Source: Vulcanimicrobiales bacterium
Lineage (GTDB): Bacteria > Vulcanimicrobiota > Vulcanimicrobiia > Vulcanimicrobiales > Vulcanimicrobiaceae
Assembly (NCBI GenBank): GCA_038231455.1
Contig: JBBRLI010000004.1
Span: 128,001-192,000, forward strand
Length of the DNA: 64,000 nucleotides
Direction of reading: 5' to 3'
Below are positions 56,661 through 64,000 of the stretch, in pieces (the first letter of the stretch is position 1; each line of letters starts with the position of its first letter). The position numbers and the translations under genes are program-made. Under the pieces are notes generated by a model that had not been told where the DNA came from, made no database searches, and saw nothing but the letters and a program-made list of their open reading frames with translations.

Positions 56661-57985
56661 TCGTGAAGGCTTTCGATATCTTTCTGTGCATCGGCCGTGA
56701 GGTCCACACCGCTCGCCGAACCGGCGATATTGTTGAGGACCACGGAGACCCCGCGGTTGTGCGCGACGACGCGCACTTCGCGATTGATCTGATCGATGAT
56801 CTGGCCGTAAAGATCATCGCGTTTTTTCTGCAACGAGGCAATTTGTTTGCGCGCGCCATCTTGGGCTCGGGCGTCGATCCCGTGCAACGCTTCGAAACGC
56901 CGCGTAAGATCGGATTTGGTGCGGTTGAAATCATCGATCGTGGACTTTGCGTCGGCTTCGAATTTCTTCTGATAGTCGGCATGCAGCGCCGTGATCTTCG
57001 CCCGCAAATTCGGTGGAAGGTTGGGATTTGGGCCGGCGAGGGTTTGCGTCTGCGCGATCACGGGACCGGCTGGCGCCGAGAACTGCGCGCGCAGCGTCGA
57101 CTCTCGCGTTTTGAGCTTGCCGATCGAACGCGTCTGGATGTCGAGTGCGGCCTTTCGCGCGTCTCGCGCGACGCTATCGCGCAGCTGCGTTTGCAGCGCT
57201 GCGAGCGTCGCCTGGTCTTTATTGCGCATCGCCCCGACGGCGTCGGATTCGCGGCGTTCGATCGCTGCGAGTTGCGCTTTTGATTCTTCGCGGGCCGCAT
57301 CGTCGAGCGCGAGGTTCGAGAGGCGCGTCTTCACCCCTAAGCGTTCGCCCGCGTCTTTATTCGCAAGATCGAGGGAGAGCTGCGCTTCTTTTCCCTGCAG
57401 TTCGTCGCGCTTTGCATTGTACGTGCGTTCCGCACGGGCTTGCAGCGCGCGCGTCGCCGCCTCGATCGCCGAGCGGTCTTGTCCTTCGAGAGCGGCACGG
57501 TACGTGTTGAAATCCGTTTGCGCGGCTTTCGCGGCGCCCGCATATTGTTTGCTTGCGGTTTCGTTGATCTGGCTTGCGATTTGCCCGGTCGAGGTGCCCG
57601 GTCGCGAGCCACCGGCCAGCGCTGCGGAGATTGCTACATTTTCGCGTTTCGCGTACTCGTCTTGTTTTTGATGCAGAATCTTCTCGGTACGCACGCGCGC
57701 AGCATCGAGTTCGACTTGCAGCTGCTTCTCGCCGCGTGCGAGTTCCGGTCCCGACGCCGCCGCAGCCGGTATCGTGGCCGTCAGATTGAGTGCGTCGATC
57801 GAGGCATCGTACTCGGCAAGCTGGCCGAAGAGCGGATGCCGTTTTACGAGCTCTTCCATCCGGACATAGCCAACCGGACCACCCGAAGTGGCCGGGCCTG
57901 CGGTGCTCGCGGGAGCCGACGTCGACGCCGGCTTCGCGCACGCAGCGAGTGCGCAGAACGCGATCGCCGCAAGAACGCGACGCAA
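56657..57985 (-). CDS. Long coiled-coil Skp/OmpH-like lipoprotein
   Basis: Lipobox LAAC, VGYVRMEELVKRHP, long helical middle, C-terminal GVDLTADA. Confidence 0.55.
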   Translation of the reverse strand: MRRVLAAIAFCALAACAKPASTSAPASTAGPATSGGPVGYVRMEELVKRHPLFGQLAEYDASIDALNLTATIPAAAASGPELARGEKQLQVELDAARVRTEKILHQKQDEYAKRENVAISAALAGGSRPGTSTGQIASQINETASKQYAGAAKAAQTDFNTYRAALEGQDRSAIEAATRALQARAERTYNAKRDELQGKEAQLSLDLANKDAGERLGVKTRLSNLALDDAAREESKAQLAAIERRESDAVGAMRNKDQATLAALQTQLRDSVARDARKAALDIQTRSIGKLKTRESTLRAQFSAPAGPVIAQTQTLAGPNPNLPPNLRAKITALHADYQKKFEADAKSTIDDFNRTKSDLTRRFEALHGIDARAQDGARKQIASLQKKRDDLYGQIIDQINREVRVVAHNRGVSVVLNNIAGSASGVDLTADAQKDIESLHE

Positions 57986-57986
57986 G

Positions 57987-58799
57987 CTACTTCAGAGCGC
58001 TCGTGACGTCCGCGGTGATATCCGTACCGCCGAAGACGATGTTGCGCTTATCGACGACGAGGATGAGATTCTTTTTCTTTGCAACACCGGCAATCGCATC
58101 GCGCGTCTTGTCAACGAGCGGCTTGAGCGTCGACTCTTGCTTATCGTTGATCGTTTTTTGGTACGCCTTAACGATCTCGTTGCGGTCCTTGTCAGTCTTC
58201 GCCGACTTGAGCTTCTCTTTCGTCGCGGCAAGCTGATCTTGACCGAATTTCAGCACGTCGGATTGCGCGGTTTTCACACTCGGTAACGCGTCAATCTGCG
58301 TTTGATCGACGAAGCCGACGTTCGATGGCGGCGGTGTGTTAACCGGCGGGACGGGGTCGCCGACACCGCCGAGCAGATCGGCGACGTTCTTCGTAATGTC
58401 TGTGCCGCCGTACACGACGATCTGGTGATCGACGACAACCGAGAGATTCTTGCTCGAGGCGACCGAGGCGATCGCGACTTGCGCCTTGCCGAAAAGCGGG
58501 CCGAGGAGTTGCCGCTGTTTGTCGGCGATTTTCTGCTGGAATTCGCCCTGCAGCTTTTGTTGATCGGCCTGCGAGCGCGCGGATTTCGCGCGGTTTTGGA
58601 ACTGCTTCGCAAGCCGATTCTGATAGTCGTTGAGCTGGCGATTTGCCGCCTGGAAGGCGGGCAATTGCGCGAGCTGATCTTGCGAAACATACCCGATGTC
58701 GACGACATCCGCGGCGAGAACCGCAGGCGCGGCAAGGAACGCGACGAGCGCGAGGGCCACCGCCGCCGAGCGGCGGAGGCGGTGCGAGAACGAATTCAT
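57987..58799 (-). CDS. skp: Skp/OmpH chaperone with two tandem OmpH domains
   Basis: IGYV..YGGTDIT followed by VGFVD..FGGTDITADV; directly downstream of bamA. Confidence 0.8.
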   Translation of the reverse strand: MNSFSHRLRRSAAVALALVAFLAAPAVLAADVVDIGYVSQDQLAQLPAFQAANRQLNDYQNRLAKQFQNRAKSARSQADQQKLQGEFQQKIADKQRQLLGPLFGKAQVAIASVASSKNLSVVVDHQIVVYGGTDITKNVADLLGGVGDPVPPVNTPPPSNVGFVDQTQIDALPSVKTAQSDVLKFGQDQLAATKEKLKSAKTDKDRNEIVKAYQKTINDKQESTLKPLVDKTRDAIAGVAKKKNLILVVDKRNIVFGGTDITADVTSALK

Positions 58800-58800
58800 T

Positions 58801-61056
58801 CTAGAAACTTTGACCGATCGCGAATGCGGTGTGCGCACCTTGAGAACCACGAGCGAAGTCGAGTCGGATCGTGTGGAGCCCAAGCTGCGGGACATCGAAT
58901 CGGAGTCCGACGCCGATGTCCGAGTGGAACGTATAGGGGTTGAGCGAGATCAAGTTGCCGTTCAAGTCGGTTCCCGTGCCGCCGCGAATACGCGTGCCGC
59001 CGGTCTCGGCGAAGGTCGCAACCGAGAACTTGGCATCGGGCGTCAGCGGGATGCGGAGTTCTGCCTGAAACAGCAGCGAGTCGGTTCCATAGAACGGATC
59101 GCGATACCCGCGCAGATCCTGATCGGAGAAGGTCGCCAGACGGTTGGGCGGGATGGCCCCGGTCGACTGGATGGCCTTGCCGTGGACGCCGAACGTCGCC
59201 GTCTTGAGAACCGGGAAGAAGCGCGCGGCGTCGAGCGTGAGGATCGAGTAGTTGAAGTCCGAGCCGACGCCTTTGCCGGAGACCTCTTCCGAGAGCGAGA
59301 TGTTATTGCCGGTGCGCGGATTGAAGATGTTATTGCGCGTATCGCTTCCCACGCCGAAGATCAAACTGCGCAAGTTGTACGGCTTGGTCGAATCGATATT
59401 CGCAATCGAAGGCGCTTGGACGCCGAGCGCCGTGCCGCCGCCAACTTGCGTGTTCGTGCCGAAGGGATTGCTCGTCGAGCCCGTGTTGAACGTGCCGAGC
59501 GCCGTCGCGGACGAGGCGAAGTAATAGCCTGTCGGCAGCGAGGCAGCCGATGCGACTTGCTGAACGTTCGCGCCGATCGAGGCGTGGAGATAGTCCGTGA
59601 ACCGCCGACCGATGTTGACAGAAATGCCATTCGAACGCGACTGGTAGTTGGAGACGATGCCGCCAAGCTGGGTCGAATTGACGCTCCCGGGGACGAGCGC
59701 TACGCCTTGCGGCGCACCGATCGGGATCGGTGTGGGCGCTACGGATCCGGGCGAGGGAGCCGCCGTCGGCACCGCATAGACCGGGTAAAAGTTGAGGACC
59801 TGATTGGTAAAGACGGTCGCGCCGAGTGAGTATTTCTGCGACTTCTCGGTGCGCCCGACGTACGGCACGGTCACGGAGAGCTGCGCATCCGAGGTGCGCG
59901 AGCCGCGTTCGACGCGGACCGACGCGCCGTTACCGGTGCCGTTCACATTATTCTGCGAGTACGAAAGCGTACCGGTGAGGCCTTGGCCCGTGATTCCGCC
60001 GGAATACCCGGCGCCAACCTGTGCGGTCCCGGTGCGCTGCTCTTTGACGTTCCAATCGAGCGTGACGAGTGCGGCTTTCTTCGGATCGGGGCCGGGCTTC
60101 GTGTTGAGCTCGACTTTTTCGAAGAAGCCAAGTGAATTGAGGCGATCGTAGTCGCGGCGCACGCCGCTCTCGGTGATGATCATGCCGGGCTTCAATCGCA
60201 GCTCGCGACGCACGACATCATCGTGCGTTGTGGTGTTGCCGGTAATCTGCACGGCGCCGACGCGCGCGACATTGATGTTATACCGCACGTCTGCCGCGCC
60301 CGTTTTCGTATCCGAGGTCGCGGGATCGATACCGGCATCGAAGTCGCCGATCGAGAGGTCATACTTTGCGTAGAGGGCTTTGAGCGCGGTGTAATCTTTA
60401 TCGCGCGTCTCTTCGGAGAACGCCTGGCCGGGCTTGGTTACGAGCGCCCCGGTGATGATGTTCGGTGCAAGAATGTGGTCGCCGTCGATGATGATCTTGC
60501 GAACCGTGAGGCCCTCGAGGATCGAGACGGAGATCACGCCGCTTGGGTCGACTTTGAGATCGTTGACGTGATTGGAAACCTGGCCGCCGTAGCCGATCTT
60601 GTCGTAATACGAATTGATTTTGAGGACGTCCTGATGGAACGTATTCGTATTAAAAACTTGGCCCGTGGCCGAGTCCATAAGTGCCAGGAGCGTCTCGCTC
60701 GGCACGTGGATATTGCCGTTGAAGGTGATGCGCGAGATGACCGGGTTCTCGATCACGCGGAAGGTGACCGCGATCCCGTCGGGCCGTTGCTTGATCAGCG
60801 GCGGCGCCTGATCGGCGAAGAATCCGAGGTCGACGATCGCGGCAAGATCTTGCTCGACGACTTTCGGATCGAATGGGTCGCCGACTTTCGTCTTGACCAC
60901 CGCGAGGATGCGATCGCTCGGGACGTGCGCGTTCCCGGAGACCGCGACCGAAACGACCGGCGGGGCCGCTTGGGCCTGCTGCGCGTTCACGGGGATGGCA
61001 AGACCGAGGACGGTGGCGAGAACGAGCGACATCGCGCGGCGGACAAAAACGAACAT
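58801..61056 (-). CDS. bamA: Omp85/BamA outer membrane protein assembly factor
   Basis: POTRA repeats (GN..V...I..LGFF), barrel with LRGY, C-terminal IGQSF. Confidence 0.92.
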   Translation of the reverse strand: MFVFVRRAMSLVLATVLGLAIPVNAQQAQAAPPVVSVAVSGNAHVPSDRILAVVKTKVGDPFDPKVVEQDLAAIVDLGFFADQAPPLIKQRPDGIAVTFRVIENPVISRITFNGNIHVPSETLLALMDSATGQVFNTNTFHQDVLKINSYYDKIGYGGQVSNHVNDLKVDPSGVISVSILEGLTVRKIIIDGDHILAPNIITGALVTKPGQAFSEETRDKDYTALKALYAKYDLSIGDFDAGIDPATSDTKTGAADVRYNINVARVGAVQITGNTTTHDDVVRRELRLKPGMIITESGVRRDYDRLNSLGFFEKVELNTKPGPDPKKAALVTLDWNVKEQRTGTAQVGAGYSGGITGQGLTGTLSYSQNNVNGTGNGASVRVERGSRTSDAQLSVTVPYVGRTEKSQKYSLGATVFTNQVLNFYPVYAVPTAAPSPGSVAPTPIPIGAPQGVALVPGSVNSTQLGGIVSNYQSRSNGISVNIGRRFTDYLHASIGANVQQVASAASLPTGYYFASSATALGTFNTGSTSNPFGTNTQVGGGTALGVQAPSIANIDSTKPYNLRSLIFGVGSDTRNNIFNPRTGNNISLSEEVSGKGVGSDFNYSILTLDAARFFPVLKTATFGVHGKAIQSTGAIPPNRLATFSDQDLRGYRDPFYGTDSLLFQAELRIPLTPDAKFSVATFAETGGTRIRGGTGTDLNGNLISLNPYTFHSDIGVGLRFDVPQLGLHTIRLDFARGSQGAHTAFAIGQSF

Positions 61057-61247
61057 AGGCAACTTTCCTTTAGAGTACCAAGCCGACGACAGCGAGCGGC
61101 TACCGGGGGAACGTGCGAACACCGGCGGGTGTTCCGTGTCGGCCCCTGCGGGGGCACCCAAAGCGCGAACGCATCGGCGGGCGCGCTCATCCCAGCTTGC
61201 AAGTTTTTGGGTGGCGGAGGTCAGGCCCTCCCCGACGTCCGCTGACC

Positions 61248-64000
61248 TTACTTGAAAAACTTTTGAAAATTCAGGGAAAATCCGTCGCGGCCGCCGAGCG
61301 GCTGCCCGGCATTAATGCGGTTTGAGGCATTGATCGACGAGGTCGCGCCCGACCCAAACGCCGAGGTGTTTCCCGCTTGGGTGAACACGGTGAGCTGGAT
61401 TGCCGTCCTCGCACTGGGACGCGCTTCAAAGCCGAACGTTTGCCGATACGGGTACGCCAGCGTCTCGCCGTAGACCGCGTAGACGTTCTTCCGCAGTGCT
61501 TTTCGGGCGTTGAAGCCGACGTTTCCGGAATTGTCGATCGTCACGCCCAGGTCGCTTACCCCAAGCGCCCCGCCGAAGACGTTCGCAATGGGTGCGATGA
61601 GGCGCTGGCTGATCTGGCCGTTGAGGATGCTCAAGACCTCGGTGTTGAGCGATGTCTGGCCGGCGGCGAGGCCCCCGGAGAGGTTAGGCGGGAGGAGGAC
61701 GTTGGATTCGCCGGGCGTCCCGCGCAGAATCGGCACGTTCGTCCCGCGGCGGTTGAAGTCGACCACGCCCGCCCCGAGCACTTGTGCATCGAAGAGTAGG
61801 CCCAGAATCTTTTCTTGCGAGTAGGCGGGGACCGATTCGTACGAGGTGCGCACGCTATCGGCCGGGCCGTCGATTTGAATCGTAATGTCCGCCGTGCCCG
61901 CGTCGTTCCGCAGGCGATTGGGATCGGGATTGGAGACGTGCGTGGAAGCGCGCAAGTCGACCGTTGGCACAATCCCGGCGCTGGGGTCGAACGCGACCGT
62001 CGCATCGGTCACCCGAAAGACCCGATTGTACGATGAGAACGTGCCGCCGCCGGTCGAGACGATCTCGCCCGCGAGCGTGGGACGCGCGAGCGTGCCGCCG
62101 AGCGTTACCGCGCCCCGCGCCCCGATATCGATCAAGGGCGAGCGCACGCGAACGTTGTGCTCCGCCTGTACGCGCAAGCCGGCGAACGCAACATCGAACG
62201 GCGACTTTTCCGGCGCCGCGGCACCGTTCCCCGGATGATAGAGTGCCGCGAACGGTATCGTCGCATCGTTCAACGAGACGGAACCCGAAAGGCGCGGTAG
62301 CGCCGCCGTACTTGCAAGTTCGATCGCGCCATCGAACGAGCCGCGGCCGTATGCCGGAAAATTCAAACCCGCATGTGCCGCGCGCAGATCGACGACATAC
62401 GAACTCTGCGTGCCGGCGGCCAAAGGTAACTGCAACGAACCGGTTGCATCGAGCGCGCCGTTACCGGCGTCGGCATGGAGCGCCGTAAGCGCAACGGACG
62501 AACCGGCAAAGGCAAGCGTGCCGCTGATGTGATTGATCGCCTCACTCTGCAGCGGCGATTGAATCGACCCATCGGCAAGCCCGAGCGAACCGATCAAGCG
62601 CGGGGCATCGACCGTCCCGCTCACGCCGAAGCGGCCCTCAAGCGTCCCGCCGATACGCGCGCCGCGCGGCAAGAGCGTCGAGAATTGCGCCAGATCGACG
62701 GCCTTCGCTGTCACGTCGAAATCGAGTGGCGCGTTCTTTGGACCGAGTCGCATCGTCGCCGGCGACACGGGCAGGGCGCCGGCAAGAAACGCCGTTCCTT
62801 TGTCGAGCGTGAATTCGATATCACGCACCGTCAGCGTGCGTTCGTCGAAGGCGAGCGCGCCGACGGTGCGCGGAACGACCAGCGAGCCGTAGCGGCCGCG
62901 TTCGATATCGAAGCCCGCCTCCACCACGGGATGCGCGAGCGACCCGCGCACGCGCACTTCGGATTCGAGCGTGCCGCCGACATCGATGCCGCCGGCGCCG
63001 GGCGCGAAGCGGTGGACGATCTTTCCGATATCCCGCGCGGCTACGTGGACGGCAAGTTCGAGCGGAGCGTTCGACGTAAGTGCAAACGAACCCGATGCGC
63101 CGAGCGAGACGAACGGCAAATCGAGACTCGCTGCGGTGATCCGGGTGCGTGTGCCGACGGAGTCTGCGCGCACGGTAAGGCGATCGATCGGAACTTGCGC
63201 GTACGACCCTTGCGTGAGGCGCGCGTCACTCGTGATTGCAAGCGCGGGAGCGACGCCGACGACGTGCGCCGTCGCATCGACTTGTCCCAAGATCGGCAAC
63301 GCGATTCCCAGCGCCGGGAGCCACGTTTTCAAGTCCACACGCGCAAGTGTCGTCTCCGCATCGTATCGTGCTCGCGCAAAGGCCGTGAGCGGATCGCGCA
63401 ACGCCGGCGCAATCGTTCCGCGCGCGGTGAACGCACCGGCGGGTCCGTCGACGTCGATCGCACCGCGAATTCGGCTGCCCTCCATATGCCAATCACCATT
63501 CGCGTTACCGAAGAGCAGCCGCCGATACCGGAAATCGCGCAGCGCGAGCGTTCCGTTCGTGACGATCCGGTGACCGGCAGCGGTCGAAAAGGCAATCCCG
63601 AGCGGCCCATGCCCGGCGAGCGTGTCGCCTTCGTTGAAGAAATCGTTGAAGTCCGCAAGATCGACCGTCGGCGATGCGATCTGCACGCGCGCATCGCCTG
63701 CGCGGACCGAGCCCGCAAAATCCAGTTCGGTCGTCCCGACGTCGACGTGCCCGACTCGCGCGTTTGCGCCGCGCGCATCGACGGCGAGTATCGCGCGACC
63801 GTGCCGAAAATTCAATCCGTTATAACGACCTTCGGGAACGACAACGCGCCCTGCAACTGCGGGATGATTGCCGCTTCCCGTAATGCGCACCGCCGCATCA
63901 AAGCTGCCTTCGAGCGGGACGCCGGTAAATCCGAGCGCCCGGCGCAGCGTGCCAACGTCGCCTTCGGGTACGCGCGCATCGATCGCGTAGCGCGGGACCG
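61248..64000 (-). CDS. tamB: TamB/AsmA-like protein, C-terminal part (5' end outside the window)
   Basis: Repeated beta-taco G...P.L.G patterns and a DUF490-type C-terminus (S.P.YSQE.IL.LL); upstream of bamA; frame continues to the window edge. Confidence 0.85.
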   Translation of the reverse strand, partial: VPRYAIDARVPEGDVGTLRRALGFTGVPLEGSFDAAVRITGSGNHPAVAGRVVVPEGRYNGLNFRHGRAILAVDARGANARVGHVDVGTTELDFAGSVRAGDARVQIASPTVDLADFNDFFNEGDTLAGHGPLGIAFSTAAGHRIVTNGTLALRDFRYRRLLFGNANGDWHMEGSRIRGAIDVDGPAGAFTARGTIAPALRDPLTAFARARYDAETTLARVDLKTWLPALGIALPILGQVDATAHVVGVAPALAITSDARLTQGSYAQVPIDRLTVRADSVGTRTRITAASLDLPFVSLGASGSFALTSNAPLELAVHVAARDIGKIVHRFAPGAGGIDVGGTLESEVRVRGSLAHPVVEAGFDIERGRYGSLVVPRTVGALAFDERTLTVRDIEFTLDKGTAFLAGALPVSPATMRLGPKNAPLDFDVTAKAVDLAQFSTLLPRGARIGGTLEGRFGVSGTVDAPRLIGSLGLADGSIQSPLQSEAINHISGTLAFAGSSVALTALHADAGNGALDATGSLQLPLAAGTQSSYVVDLRAAHAGLNFPAYGRGSFDGAIELASTAALPRLSGSVSLNDATIPFAALYHPGNGAAAPEKSPFDVAFAGLRVQAEHNVRVRSPLIDIGARGAVTLGGTLARPTLAGEIVSTGGGTFSSYNRVFRVTDATVAFDPSAGIVPTVDLRASTHVSNPDPNRLRNDAGTADITIQIDGPADSVRTSYESVPAYSQEKILGLLFDAQVLGAGVVDFNRRGTNVPILRGTPGESNVLLPPNLSGGLAAGQTSLNTEVLSILNGQISQRLIAPIANVFGGALGVSDLGVTIDNSGNVGFNARKALRKNVYAVYGETLAYPYRQTFGFEARPSARTAIQLTVFTQAGNTSAFGSGATSSINASNRINAGQPLGGRDGFSLNFQKFFK

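Noticed and set aside
61057-61247. Possible riboswitch or ncRNA between tamB and bamA
   Set aside because: Only short GC hairpins; no recognisable aptamer consensus.

Overview
A high-GC, gene-dense core-chromosome segment of a diderm bacterium of Terrabacteria type. Gene content and order suggest Eremiobacterota/WPS-2 or a relative (inference only). Left to right it holds: a YhaO/YhaN-like nuclease/ATPase pair; an acyl-CoA dehydrogenase-peroxiredoxin-PYP operon; ftsE-ftsX-REC/GGDEF-M23 and two tandem S41 peptidases; RNase E/G; an inserted wHTH + nucleotidyltransferase pair; minC-minD-minD-minE-rodA; a MoxR/DUF58/RDD/SpoIIM cluster; dnaX-ybaB-recR and recQ; and a large outer-membrane cluster (tamB-bamA-3x skp-like-lpxD-lpxC-fabZ-lpxA-lpxB-...-lptC-lptB-lptF/G-DUF3084-RNase H-like-SLH porin). 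I found no rRNA, tRNA, CRISPR array or transposase. Most notable signals: (1) a 172-bp nested palindrome between dnaX and recQ, next to an extreme strand-specific synonymous G/T bias that decays through the first ~1 kb of dnaX; (2) a UshA-like metallophosphoesterase with an LpxH-type His-to-Arg motif, coupled to lpxB in a lipid A cluster lacking lpxH/lpxI; (3) a wHTH-NTase pair with three 22-bp-period repeats over a leaderless promoter; (4) a PYP homologue co-transcribed with an acyl-CoA dehydrogenase; (5) recR lacking a canonical start codon and in frame with ybaB across a single TAG. All family assignments come from motif recognition by eye, with no database searches.
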